Made by a program: the position numbers and the translations under genes
Assembly: GCA_043801585.1 (NCBI GenBank)
Contig: JAZDLX010000184.1
Coordinates: forward strand, 17,683-81,682
Direction: 5' to 3'
Length of the DNA: 64,000 nt
DNA from: a bacterium
GTDB taxonomy: Bacteria; Electryoneota; Electryoneia; Electryoneales; Electryoneaceae
The notes under the pieces: model-generated
What the model was told of the DNA's origin: nothing
Databases searched by the model: none
What the model saw: the letters and a program-made list of their open reading frames with translations, nothing else
Shown: positions 9,880 through 19,642 of the stretch, piece after piece
Numbering within the stretch: the first letter of the stretch is position 1
Layout of the letters: each line of letters starts with the position of its first letter

Positions 9880-10158
9880 ATGACACAGGAAAACGAGTTT
9901 GTAACTCTCCTTCTTGGATTTGGGACGCTCATTTTTATCTTCGCCTTTCTGCCACGTCTCAAAATTCCTGCGAGGTCTGGTTGGCTTTTTCTTGCCCTTG
10001 CCGGCCAGAGCATTGCCTGGATTTTCACGGTTCTCGAATTCTGGTTTTACCCGTATGTTTTCAATGTAATAGAACACATGGGTTATTCGATCTGCTCCAT
10101 TTCCCTGTTGATCTGGGTACTGCCCTTCGCACGACCGACGAAGGAGCAGCATCAATGA
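9880..10158 (+). CDS. Small 3-TM membrane protein, putative co-sensor of the downstream kinase
   Basis: 92 aa with three hydrophobic segments; SD GAGGG; its stop overlaps the kinase start (ATGA 10155-10158). Confidence 0.75.
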   Translation: MTQENEFVTLLLGFGTLIFIFAFLPRLKIPARSGWLFLALAGQSIAWIFTVLEFWFYPYVFNVIEHMGYSICSISLLIWVLPFARPTKEQHQ

Positions 10159-12359
10159 ACCCGACCCTCCTTTTCGATGGCATTTCGCTTATTGCCTCGC
10201 TTGCGCTGACCGCAGCAGTAGTCGCAAGCTGGCGACGATTTTACATTCCCACGGAGACGAAAATCCTGGTCTCCCTGATGCTGTTGACGGTGATCTTCAG
10301 AAGTATTTCCAACGTTCTCGAATGGAGTGGAATTTCCACCGCTCTCGATATCTACGAAGATTACACCGAGCTTCTGCTTCCGCTGATCTGGATTTTCTTG
10401 CTGATCAGCCTGATGCACAACGAATCCAAGAAGCGACTGGAACTCAGCGAGGAGCGGTATCGGACAGTCACGTCCATGACCAATGACTTCGTGTATTCGA
10501 TCGCCATCCATGAAGACGGCACGATTGGCGAACTTTGGATTGGCGGGGCTTTTGAGCAGATCACCGGCTACAAGATCGAGGCGATAAACATCGAAACGAG
10601 CTGGAACCAACTTGTACACCCGGAAGACAAGGCTAACGCTCATGAATCTCTGATCGATGCCCTTGCAAATCGAAAGAGTTCGTGCGATTACAGGATCATC
10701 AGGAACGATGGTAAAACGATCTGGGTTCATGATTCACGATTTCCGGTGGTCGATCCGGTAACGAAACAGGTCGTACGCATCTACGGGACCGTTCGTGATG
10801 CAACGGATCTCTTTTTAAGCTCCCAGGCGTTGAATGAAATCGAGAATCGTCTCAATCGAGCGCAAGCTGTCGCGCATGTCGGGAATTGGGAAATCGACCT
10901 GGCGACGAACGCCATGAAAGCCTCCGAGGAATCCTACCGGCTTTATGGATTTAAACATTTTGAGCCTGAGATGCCGCTGAAGAAGGTTCAATCGTCAGTG
11001 ATGCCGGAAGATCGGCCACGCATGGATGCAGCCTTACGCGATCTCCTGCTGGGGAAAGCCGAATACAATGTTCGATTTCGCATCCGCCGTGCCAACGACG
11101 GTGCGATCCGCCACATTCAATCTCAGGCGGATATTGAACGTGATGCTTTAGGCAACCCGAAACGGGTTATCGGTACAATCCAGGATGTTACCGAACTGGT
11201 CAGCCTCGAGGAACAGTACTACCAGGCACAGAAAATGGAGGCGATTGGTCAATTCGCGGGAGGAGTGGCACACGATATCAACAACCTGATCACGACGATC
11301 ATCGGACATACGGAACTCATCCATCTTCAGCTCGAAAAGGGCAGTCACGAAAAAGCGAAGAAAAACCTCGATGAAATCCTGAAGGCCTCCGAACGTGCCG
11401 CAACCCTGAATAGACGGCTGCTCACCTTCAGCAGAAAACACGATGTGGAACTGCGGGTGGTCAGCATCAATTCCGTCATTGGCAACCTCGAAAATCTGTT
11501 GCGGCGGATCATCGGAGAAGAAATCGCCCTGAATGTCGAGTATTCCGATGACAATCCCTGTACCCGGGCGGATGTGTCCTACCTCGAACAAATCGTCATG
11601 AACGTGATTGTCAACGCTCGGGATGCAATGCCAAACGGCGGCCTTCTCAATATTCGCACTCGGACCAGGATTGTTAAAAATGAAATGGCTGTTGGAACTC
11701 CCGAACCCTTCAGCGGAAAGTACGCCGTCATCACCATTGAGGACAGCGGCACGGGGATGACGCATGAGCAGATGAAACACATCTTTGAACCGTTCTTCAC
11801 GACCAAGGAAGCGGGCATAGGCACCGGATTGGGCCTGTCGACGGTTTCCGGTTTGGTCAAGCAACTTGATGGGCATGTCCAGGTCGAGAGCACTTCGGGA
11901 AAGGGGACCACATTCCACATCTGCCTGCCCAGTGTAAATCCGACTGAATTGAAAATGGAATCGATTAAAACGACTCCTTTGGCGTCACACGGCAACGAAG
12001 TCATCCTGTTCGTGGAAGATGATGACGCAGTGAGAAAACTCGCCACGAGTATTCTCCGCACGCACGGCTATCATGTCTACGATGCGGCTCATGCCCATGA
12101 GGCGATCGAAATCGCGGGGACGCTGAAAGAAAAACCGGATCTTATCATCACGGATGTTGTAATGCCTGACATCCGGGGTCCCGAAATGATCCTTGAACTG
12201 CGCAAGATCTGGCCAATGGTCAAAGCGCTCTATATCTCAGGGTATGAAGCGCGTTCGAACAACTTGATACCGGACGATGCGCCGTTCCTGCGGAAACCCT
12301 TCACTGTGCATTCATTGACTGCAGCGGTTCGTGAGATTCTGGACGGCACCCCTCTTTAA
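10155..12359 (+). CDS. Hybrid sensor histidine kinase (3-TM N-terminus, 2 PAS, HisKA, HATPase, REC)
   Basis: PAS VHPED and VMPEDR; H-box GGVAHDINNL; N-box NARDAMP; G-boxes DSGTGM and GTGLGLS; REC VEDD, DVVMP, LRKPF. Start at ATG 10155 (SD AAGGAG) rather than 9774. Confidence 0.9.
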   Translation: MNPTLLFDGISLIASLALTAAVVASWRRFYIPTETKILVSLMLLTVIFRSISNVLEWSGISTALDIYEDYTELLLPLIWIFLLISLMHNESKKRLELSEERYRTVTSMTNDFVYSIAIHEDGTIGELWIGGAFEQITGYKIEAINIETSWNQLVHPEDKANAHESLIDALANRKSSCDYRIIRNDGKTIWVHDSRFPVVDPVTKQVVRIYGTVRDATDLFLSSQALNEIENRLNRAQAVAHVGNWEIDLATNAMKASEESYRLYGFKHFEPEMPLKKVQSSVMPEDRPRMDAALRDLLLGKAEYNVRFRIRRANDGAIRHIQSQADIERDALGNPKRVIGTIQDVTELVSLEEQYYQAQKMEAIGQFAGGVAHDINNLITTIIGHTELIHLQLEKGSHEKAKKNLDEILKASERAATLNRRLLTFSRKHDVELRVVSINSVIGNLENLLRRIIGEEIALNVEYSDDNPCTRADVSYLEQIVMNVIVNARDAMPNGGLLNIRTRTRIVKNEMAVGTPEPFSGKYAVITIEDSGTGMTHEQMKHIFEPFFTTKEAGIGTGLGLSTVSGLVKQLDGHVQVESTSGKGTTFHICLPSVNPTELKMESIKTTPLASHGNEVILFVEDDDAVRKLATSILRTHGYHVYDAAHAHEAIEIAGTLKEKPDLIITDVVMPDIRGPEMILELRKIWPMVKALYISGYEARSNNLIPDDAPFLRKPFTVHSLTAAVREILDGTPL

Positions 12360-12379
12360 GTTTCACGGCAATCCTGACA

Positions 12380-13240
12380 TCAGGGAAACAGAACGACTCC
12401 CACCCGGAGCGCACGAGTATCCCGATTGTAAAGCCTGATGCTTTCTCCCCGTCCTGTGAAGTACTGCAGCATCAATGTGGGCATCCAGGCGAGACGGCTG
12501 TCGAGGAGCACGGGGTGTGCAAAGATATCCAACTGGAACCTTTTCAGGATTCTTCCGGAAACGCCCCAATTGGTTTCCGCGTGAACGCCGAGCACACGCA
12601 TTCCATCCGGATACCGTTGAAGCAGCGGTTGCCAGTTCACCGCTACGTCACCCCACCCCAGGTGATCCTCGATATCAGGATTGTCCATATCGTTGAACGG
12701 TACCCAGACACTCAAACGCATCAGCAGGGGATGGTTGGTCAGATCTCCGAATTCAATTCGCAGGATTGCACGGTTCCACGTCCTGCTCGCCTCTCCCCCC
12801 AATCCATTTGATTGATGGGTATACGATATTCGTACCGATGGTTTCGACCATGACCACGCATTCCCGAGTTTCGCGTAACCGTTGTCCCAATAGACAAACA
12901 CTTCCGGCGTGTACGTGTTTTCCAACGCCGGGGAGTTCTTGGTGTAGGGATCCCAGAAGGACGATTGGGTGAAGGACGCGTATATGCCGTCCGCATTTTT
13001 CCCAAACGGGATCACCTGCGCCTGCAGGACAAATCGGAATTTCATCTGGTTGTGCGAATCGGTGAAAAGGTCGTTGGTCTTTCCGTTTTTCTCGGAACCG
13101 AATCCAGCGAGGAACCAACTGGGATCCGCCAGACCAAACCTTCGTGGGGCATCCGCATGTTGCTCCACCTGCGCATCTGCGGAAACATCGCAAAGGAGGG
13201 CAAGCAGGCCGGCGACGAACATTGACAGTGCACGATTCAT
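12380..13240 (-). CDS. pldA: Outer-membrane phospholipase A (OMPLA)
   Basis: Catalytic HQSNG motif, SRTWNR, YASFTQSSFW, ENTYTPE, DNPDIEDHLG, QYFTGRGES; signal peptide. Confidence 0.8.
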   Translation of the reverse strand: MNRALSMFVAGLLALLCDVSADAQVEQHADAPRRFGLADPSWFLAGFGSEKNGKTNDLFTDSHNQMKFRFVLQAQVIPFGKNADGIYASFTQSSFWDPYTKNSPALENTYTPEVFVYWDNGYAKLGNAWSWSKPSVRISYTHQSNGLGGEASRTWNRAILRIEFGDLTNHPLLMRLSVWVPFNDMDNPDIEDHLGWGDVAVNWQPLLQRYPDGMRVLGVHAETNWGVSGRILKRFQLDIFAHPVLLDSRLAWMPTLMLQYFTGRGESIRLYNRDTRALRVGVVLFP

Positions 13241-13306
13241 CCAGCGAAAATACAAAAAAGAGGGACAACGTTGCTGACGTTGTCCCCTATCGCGAACCTC
13301 TTCGGG

Positions 13307-16300
13307 CTATACCTTTTTCACTTGAAGTGTTGCTTCCGCCGCGCCTACCCGGGTCGTTTCCGACCCCTGCGCGCCTTTCAGCTTCTCGTTGATCTTCATC
13401 TTAACGGACAGAGTCTCATCACGGACCGTACCATTATGTTCATCGAGTGCCTTCAGAAGATCCGCGGCATCTGTCATCACCGCGAGCTCGATCCTGTCCT
13501 CCACATCGAAACCGGTGTCTTTTCGCAGCACCTGAACCTTGCGGATCAGGTCACGCACGAGACCCTCACGCAGCAATTCATCGCTGAGGCGTATGTCAAG
13601 GGCAACCACGATCGGCTGGTTCTCCACTTCACCGGCAACGATGGTATCCCGGGGATGGGAGACGAATTTGAACAGTTCCGCGGGAACCGGAATGTCCACG
13701 CCTGAAAGCTTCAGTTCACCGCTCTTACGGACCGTTTCAACATACTGCTGCATGGTTTCCGCATCTGCCTTGTCGAGAGCCGCCTTGACCCTGGGCGCAT
13801 CCCCCCGAAGCACCTTGCCGGCAGACACAAGATCCAACATCAGCGCCTCTTCATCCAGCGCGTTTCGATGGTCGGCGAACTCGATGGTTTTGACGTTCAA
13901 TTCATCGGCGATGGTCGCCACATCCTGTTTGATTATTTCCTGGAGATCCGATTCGCAGACGACATACAGCGTCTGCAGCGGCTGGCGGACCTTCAGCTGA
14001 GCCTGGTTGCGGAGGTTCAAGGCGGCGCGGATCACAGCACGATTCGTGAAAATTTCACCGAGCAGTTCGTCATCCACGCGGCTCTCGTCGGCAACGGGCC
14101 AATCGGCGAGATGAACGGATTCCACGGCGGATTTATCGAAGGGACGCACCGCCTCCTGCCAGATGTGCTCCGTGAGGAAGGGAATGATCGGCGCCATCAC
14201 GCGCAGGATGGTCCTGATCGCCAAAGAAAGCACGACATACGCCGTGCGTTTGGAGTCACCGTCGGACTCTTTCCAAAATCGGCGGCGGTTGACACGAACA
14301 TAAAAATTCGAGAGTTCATCGACGAACGTTTCAAATTCCCGGACGACGACCGTTGTGTTGTAGTCGTCATAGGCTGCCGTGCAACGGTCGAGGAATGCCT
14401 CTGTTCGCGCCAATGCCCAGCGGTCGCTGCGGGTCAACGCCTCTTCCACGATGGTTGTGCCGGTCAGATCGAGCTTGTCAAGCTGGGCATAGGTGTTGAA
14501 GAAAACGAAGATGTTCCAGAACCCAAGCAGTTTCCGGTGAACCTCCCAACCGAGATTGAAGCCGAAGCGGACATTCTGAACTGGATTCGCGGCACAGAAA
14601 AGGTAGCGCATGGCATCCGCGCCGATCTTGTCCGCAGCTTCGTCAAACTGGATCATGTAGCCGGTTTTACTGAACCGTCCGCCCTCTTCCGAGACGACGG
14701 ATTCGTGGGCAAGAACCCGCTGATAGGGCGACCGGCCCGAGATCGTGACCCCCATGAAGAGCATCGAGTAGAACCACAGGCGCACCTGCTCGCGCATTTC
14801 ACAGATCCACTCGGCGGGGTACCATTTCTTCTCCCACTCCTCCCGGTCACGGAAATACCCGCGAGTCGTGTAAGGAACGATCCCTGCATCGAGCCAGACA
14901 TCCCCCACCTCCGGAATACGTGTCACACCCTCCGCGTGGCAATGGGGGCAGGTGATCGTGATCGAATCGATCCATGGGCGATGCAATTCCGGGAGGTTGT
15001 CGACGGCGGGACCACCCAATTCCCTGAGATGGTCTCGGCTTCCGACGACAGTCACCTCACCGCATTCGTGGCAAACGTAGAAGGGAAGCGGCATTCCATA
15101 AAACCGTTTCCGGCTGATGTTCCAATCACCCATGTTCTGCAGCCAATCCTGCATCAGCAGACCTGCATGCGCCGGTCGCCAGTCAACCTCCGCTGCAGCT
15201 TTCAGCAGTTGCGGCTTCAACTCATCGGTGCGGATGAACCAGGCATTGACCAGCTTGAACATGATCGGTGTCTTGCAGCGCCAGCAAACCGGGTAACTGT
15301 GGGTGTAATCGTGGTCGTAAAACAGCTTTCCAAGTTTCCTGATCTCCGCGATCACATCGTCGGCGACCTGGGAAGCATCGCGCCCCTCGAGCCACCCATA
15401 CCCGTTGACATACACTCCTGCTTCATCAATCGGCTCGAGGCTGGGCAACCCCAACGAGTTGCCGAGTTCAAAGTCTTCCGCGCCGCAACCCGGTGCAATG
15501 TGAACGACCCCCGTTCCCTCCTCGGCATCCACCTCATCCCAGGAGACGATCTTATGTGCACCCATCGCTGCCTGCGCCGGGAGATCGGGGAACACCGTCT
15601 CGTAATGAAGCCCGAACAGTTCTTCGCCTTTGAAAACGCGTAACACCTTGAACTTCACATGGTCAATCGCCTTCAGCGCGTCTTTACCGATGATGAGTGT
15701 CCCCTCCTGCCCTGCAACGGAGATTTCGGCGTATTCGATTGCAGGATTGATCGCGAGCGCAACGTTGGCGGCGAGTGTCCACGGTGTGGTCGTCCAAACG
15801 AGAACACGTTGTCCCGGCCTCTCTACGATGGGCAGAGCGACGATCAACGAACGGTGTGTCATCTCACGGTGCGAACCGCTCATCTCATGTTCGGAAAGGG
15901 ATGTGCCGCAGCGGGTGCACCATGACATGGCGCGCTTGTCAGTGTAGATCCAGCCTTTGTCGTGGAGCGTTCTCAGGAAATGCCAGATACCCTGGATGTT
16001 CTCATCGGTATGAGTGTAGTAGCTGTTCGGCCAGTCCATCCACTGTCCCAATCGGATCGACTGCTCTGTCTGTTTAGTGGAATAATTCTTGACTCGGGCC
16101 TTGCAGGCGTTGACGAATTTCTCAATGCCGAATTTCTCGATCTCGGATTTGTCCTTGAAGCCGATTTCCTTCTCGACCTCGACCTCGACCCAGAGACCCT
16201 GGCTGTCGAATCCGTTCTGCCAATGGGTATCATATCCTCGGAGGGTTTTGTACCTGACGAAAACATCTTTCAGAGTGCGTCCCCACGCATGATGCACTCC

Positions 16301-16492
16301 CATGGGATTGTTGGCGGTAATCGGTCCGTCAAGAAAACGGAACGTGGGTCCTCCCGCCAACTTCTCACGGAGCTTGTCGAAACAGTTGTGTTCTTTCCAG
16401 AACGCCAGCACATCATGCTCGATCTGGATGAAATTCACACCGCTGCTTCCCTCGTCATGCGCTTTGTCATTGCCTCCGTTGACGCTACTCAT
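13307..16492 (-). CDS. ileS: Isoleucine--tRNA ligase, type 2 (IleRS2)
   Basis: DGPITAN-GVHH (HIGH variant), WTTTPWTL, GTGVVHIAPG, DWNISR, RFSKT (KMSKS variant); IleRS2-type C-terminus EGLVRDLIRKVQVLRK without a terminal Zn finger. Confidence 0.95.
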   Translation of the reverse strand: MSSVNGGNDKAHDEGSSGVNFIQIEHDVLAFWKEHNCFDKLREKLAGGPTFRFLDGPITANNPMGVHHAWGRTLKDVFVRYKTLRGYDTHWQNGFDSQGLWVEVEVEKEIGFKDKSEIEKFGIEKFVNACKARVKNYSTKQTEQSIRLGQWMDWPNSYYTHTDENIQGIWHFLRTLHDKGWIYTDKRAMSWCTRCGTSLSEHEMSGSHREMTHRSLIVALPIVERPGQRVLVWTTTPWTLAANVALAINPAIEYAEISVAGQEGTLIIGKDALKAIDHVKFKVLRVFKGEELFGLHYETVFPDLPAQAAMGAHKIVSWDEVDAEEGTGVVHIAPGCGAEDFELGNSLGLPSLEPIDEAGVYVNGYGWLEGRDASQVADDVIAEIRKLGKLFYDHDYTHSYPVCWRCKTPIMFKLVNAWFIRTDELKPQLLKAAAEVDWRPAHAGLLMQDWLQNMGDWNISRKRFYGMPLPFYVCHECGEVTVVGSRDHLRELGGPAVDNLPELHRPWIDSITITCPHCHAEGVTRIPEVGDVWLDAGIVPYTTRGYFRDREEWEKKWYPAEWICEMREQVRLWFYSMLFMGVTISGRSPYQRVLAHESVVSEEGGRFSKTGYMIQFDEAADKIGADAMRYLFCAANPVQNVRFGFNLGWEVHRKLLGFWNIFVFFNTYAQLDKLDLTGTTIVEEALTRSDRWALARTEAFLDRCTAAYDDYNTTVVVREFETFVDELSNFYVRVNRRRFWKESDGDSKRTAYVVLSLAIRTILRVMAPIIPFLTEHIWQEAVRPFDKSAVESVHLADWPVADESRVDDELLGEIFTNRAVIRAALNLRNQAQLKVRQPLQTLYVVCESDLQEIIKQDVATIADELNVKTIEFADHRNALDEEALMLDLVSAGKVLRGDAPRVKAALDKADAETMQQYVETVRKSGELKLSGVDIPVPAELFKFVSHPRDTIVAGEVENQPIVVALDIRLSDELLREGLVRDLIRKVQVLRKDTGFDVEDRIELAVMTDAADLLKALDEHNGTVRDETLSVKMKINEKLKGAQGSETTRVGAAEATLQVKKV

Positions 16493-16782
16493 CTTTCTCG
16501 CCTCGTGCTGCATCGTAGTGTGTTGATCCGCCGTCTACATCCCAGGATAGGGATGTATGAAACCACTGTCTCCATTCGTTCACCAGAATCACCTCAGGAA
16601 CGAGATACGGCTTCGAGCAGGTCAATATAGGAAACACGGCGCCCGAACGCAGATACCGGAAGATGCTGTCCGAGACGGCTCGAGAATGGTTGATGAAACA
16701 TTTTTTACCGGTCAACGCCTTCGGCTGGGAGACTGTGGAGACACACCCGGGAGTACGTCTTAATCGTTTCGGGTTTCTCCAC

Positions 16783-16811
16783 TTGATCCTTCGTCCGAAA
16801 CCCTCTATGTT
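16783..16811 (+). promoter_or_regulatory. Candidate sigma70 promoter of the aromatic operon
   Basis: TTGATC (16783-16788), 17-nt spacer, TATGTT (16806-16811). Predicted TSS about 16818-16820. Confidence 0.5.
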
Positions 16812-16819
16812 GGTTTGTC

Positions 16820-16957
16820 ATGATGGATCGATTGCACAAGACGAGCGCACAGCAGGGTTGGTGGCGCAGCGAAAGCACTGCTTGGTGGTGGTATTACGCC
16901 AGGCCGGTGGGCGCCTCCGTCCGCTCGTTCGCATCCGTCTTCAGGACTCCCCTATAG
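16820..16957 (+). CDS. Attenuator leader peptide rich in Trp/Tyr/Phe (45 aa)
   Basis: MMDRLHKTSAQQGWWRSESTAWWWYYARPVGASVRSFASVFRTPL*: 5 Trp, 2 Tyr, 2 Phe, directly upstream of a terminator and aroF-trp. Below the ORF-track length cutoff. Confidence 0.85.
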   Translation: MMDRLHKTSAQQGWWRSESTAWWWYYARPVGASVRSFASVFRTPL

Positions 16958-16992
16958 CGTTACGGATCAACGGCGAAGACAACGCCCACCGG
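16904..16992 (+). promoter_or_regulatory. Antiterminator pairing of the attenuator
   Basis: CCGGTGGGCG at 16904-16913 is identical to the terminator 3' arm (16998-17007) and complementary to its 5' arm CGCCCACCGG (16983-16992). Confidence 0.75.
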
Positions 16993-17014
16993 AATTTCCG
17001 GTGGGCGTTTTTTT
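16981..17014 (+). terminator. Rho-independent attenuator terminator
   Basis: AACGCCCACCGGA-ATT-TCCGGTGGGCGTT followed by a T-tract, about 40 nt upstream of aroF. Confidence 0.9.
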
Positions 17015-17057
17015 ATTGCCCGCCGGCACGTGAAACACGGCAGAAAGGAGCAGCGAG

Positions 17058-18089
17058 GTGATCATCGTTTTGAAGCCGGGCACGGACAAGAAGATCATCC
17101 AGGAGATACTGGATCATATCGCCGAAACAGGCTTGAAGCCCCTGTACATGCCGGGGGAAGAGCGGGTTGTTCTCGGTGCGATCGGGGACGAACGGATTCT
17201 GGGCAAACTTCACCTTGAAAACCATCCCAGTGTCGAAGAGGTGAAGCCTGTCCTCGCTCCCTACAAGATGGTCAGCCGGGAGATCCATCCGGACGACACG
17301 GTGGTGTCCATCGGCGGGGTTCCTGTCGGAAATGGATTTTTCACGGTCATCGCCGGTCCCTGCGCCGTGGAAAGTCTCGATCAGATGCGGGAAACCGGAC
17401 ATGCCGTGGTGGCGGCGGGAGCCTCAGCCCTGCGCGGTGGGGCGTTCAAGCCCCGCACCAGCCCCTACTCCTTTCAGGGTCTGGGAGTGGAGGGCCTCGA
17501 GATTCTGTCTCAGGTGTCGCGGGAGTTGGGCGTTCCGACCGTTACCGAAGTTGTCGAGGTCGGGGACATCGAGGCCGTGGAACAACATTCCGACGCCTTT
17601 CAGGTCGGCGCACGCAACATGCAGAATTTCCGGCTCCTGATGGAACTGGGACAGTGCCGCAAGCCGGTTCTGCTGAAGCGAGGAATGGCGGCCACCATCG
17701 AGGACCTTCTGATGGCCGCCGAATACATCCTCTCGCAGGGAAACTCAAACGTCATCCTCTGCGAACGCGGCATCCGAACCTTCGAAACCGCCACTCGCAA
17801 CACTCTCGATCTGAACGCCGTTCCCTTTATCAAGCAACGCAGCCACCTGCCGGTTCTCGTCGATCCCTCTCACGGCACAGGATTGCGTGAACTTGTGGCA
17901 CCAATGTCTCTCGCGGCGGCGGCGGCCGGAGCGGATGGCCTGTTGATCGAGGTGCACAGGAATCCCGCACAAGCTCTTTCGGATGGACGGCAATCCCTCT
18001 TCCCCGATCAGTTTGCAGATCTCATGGACAGGCTTCGTCCGTTGGTTTCTGCGCTTGGACGAAAACTGAACACAACGGTGGCGGCATGA
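17058..18089 (+). CDS. aroF: DAHP synthase, type I-beta with N-terminal regulatory (ferredoxin/ACT-like) domain
   Basis: [63 protein letters not shown] before GTG. Confidence 0.95.
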   Translation: MIIVLKPGTDKKIIQEILDHIAETGLKPLYMPGEERVVLGAIGDERILGKLHLENHPSVEEVKPVLAPYKMVSREIHPDDTVVSIGGVPVGNGFFTVIAGPCAVESLDQMRETGHAVVAAGASALRGGAFKPRTSPYSFQGLGVEGLEILSQVSRELGVPTVTEVVEVGDIEAVEQHSDAFQVGARNMQNFRLLMELGQCRKPVLLKRGMAATIEDLLMAAEYILSQGNSNVILCERGIRTFETATRNTLDLNAVPFIKQRSHLPVLVDPSHGTGLRELVAPMSLAAAAAGADGLLIEVHRNPAQALSDGRQSLFPDQFADLMDRLRPLVSALGRKLNTTVAA

Positions 18090-19642
18090 ACAGCGACTAT
18101 CCAAAACGTTCCGTGGCTGCCGGCACCATCCACCGCGAAGTGGACCCATTTGCCCTCTACCGCCATTTGACTGGGGGAGCACCGGACACCGCCCTGCTCG
18201 AATCCCGCGATGGGAACGGTAAGAACAACACACAAAGCCTGCTTCTGGTACGTTCCGCCCTTCGCATCGAGGGTTACGGACGTCGGGTCAAGGTCACCCC
18301 TCTCACTGATGCCGGACGTTCGGTCCTCGAATCGCAACATGACCGATTGGTAAAAGTGGGAACAGCCAACTCTGAAGGAGACAGCCTTGTCATCGAGTTT
18401 CCACCCCTCGATGGGAATGCCAGCGAGGAGGAGCGGCTTTTGGCTAACGGTCCGCTGGATATCCTGCGGACATTCGCTTTCGGCTGGAATGGACAGGAGA
18501 AAACACCGATTCTGTTGACGGGGATGCTCGGGTATGATTTTCTGGAAACCTTTGAGAAACTCCCGCCTCCGAAGCGAGATGGCCTGAACACTCCGGACCT
18601 TCTCTTCGAACTTCCCGAAGTGCTCGTCCGCGTCGACCATCTCCACCGCGAAGTCCAGGTCCAGGTGCATTCCTACGGCAACCGAAAGCCCGATGATAAA
18701 GCGCTCGCTGAGGTCGTGAATGCCGTACAGGCCTTCCCCGAAATGGACACAGCCTCCGTTTTCACCCAAGTTCCCGAAAAAATGCCGTCCGGCTTCCACG
18801 TGGATCTCGACGATTCAGCTTACCGCGCCATTGTCGAGTTGATGAAGCGCCACATTGTCGCCGGGGATGTCTTCCAGATTGTCCCGTCCCGCACCTTCAG
18901 CCTGCCCTGCAGGGACGCAATGCAAGCATACCATGCATTGCGGGATTTGAATCCAAGCCCTTACCTGTTCTATCTCGCAGACAGGGATTTTACACTCTTT
19001 GGATCTTCGCCGGAGACCTGCGTTCGCGTGGCTGGCAATCCGCGAAAAGTCACCCTCTTCCCCATCGCCGGAACACGTCCACGTGGCAGAAACGGGGACG
19101 GCAGCCTCGATGTTGACCTCGACAACCGGCTTGAAGCAGAGCTGAAACTGCACGGGAAAGAGCTGGCTGAGCACATGATGCTCGTGGACCTGGCGCGCAA
19201 CGATGTCGCCCGCATCAGCAATCCCGGGACACGGCGGGTTTCCCGCCTGCTCGAAATCGAACGGTACAGCCATGTAATGCATCTCGTCAGCCGGGTTGAG
19301 GGAACCTTGCGCGACGGGTACGACGCTCTGCACGCCTACCTCGCAACCATGACGATGGGAACACTCACAGGAGCTCCGAAAGTCGAAGCCGCCCGTTTGC
19401 TGCGAAAACACGAAGCGGATCGACGCGGACCCTATGGAGGCGCCGTGGGCTACCTGACGTCTGAAGGGATTCTCGACACCGCTATCGTGATCCGCTCAGC
19501 CGTCGTCCTCAGTGGGATCGCTCATGTCCGCGCGGGAGCCGGAATCGTGTTCGATTCTCAGCCGCAGGCGGAAGCGGATGAAACCCGCAGCAAGGCGAAT
19601 GCGGTTCTTCAGGCGATAGCACTTTCGGAAGGAGGCCGGTGA
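18086..19642 (+). CDS. trpE: Anthranilate synthase component I
   Basis: LLES feedback motif, GDVFQIVPSR, NPSPY, PIAGTRPRG, EHMMLVDLARND, GTLTGAPK, RGPYGGAVG. Confidence 0.95.
   Translation: MNSDYPKRSVAAGTIHREVDPFALYRHLTGGAPDTALLESRDGNGKNNTQSLLLVRSALRIEGYGRRVKVTPLTDAGRSVLESQHDRLVKVGTANSEGDSLVIEFPPLDGNASEEERLLANGPLDILRTFAFGWNGQEKTPILLTGMLGYDFLETFEKLPPPKRDGLNTPDLLFELPEVLVRVDHLHREVQVQVHSYGNRKPDDKALAEVVNAVQAFPEMDTASVFTQVPEKMPSGFHVDLDDSAYRAIVELMKRHIVAGDVFQIVPSRTFSLPCRDAMQAYHALRDLNPSPYLFYLADRDFTLFGSSPETCVRVAGNPRKVTLFPIAGTRPRGRNGDGSLDVDLDNRLEAELKLHGKELAEHMMLVDLARNDVARISNPGTRRVSRLLEIERYSHVMHLVSRVEGTLRDGYDALHAYLATMTMGTLTGAPKVEAARLLRKHEADRRGPYGGAVGYLTSEGILDTAIVIRSAVVLSGIAHVRAGAGIVFDSQPQAEADETRSKANAVLQAIALSEGGR

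Noticed and set aside
9774..10154. 127-aa N-terminal extension of the histidine kinase
   Set aside because: Overlaps the better-supported 92-aa membrane ORF; the strong SD lies before ATG 10155.
13868..15643. 591-aa antisense ORF inside ileS
   Set aside because: No recognisable motifs; similar shadow ORFs occur opposite many genes in the window.
16493..16780. T-box riboswitch upstream of ileS or the trp genes
   Set aside because: No T-box consensus (AGGGTGGNACCGCG) with specifier stem recognised; the aromatic operon is explained by the leader peptide.
16663..17061. 132-aa plus-strand ORF before aroF
   Set aside because: Runs through the promoter, attenuator and terminator in a different frame from the Trp-rich leader; not protein-like.
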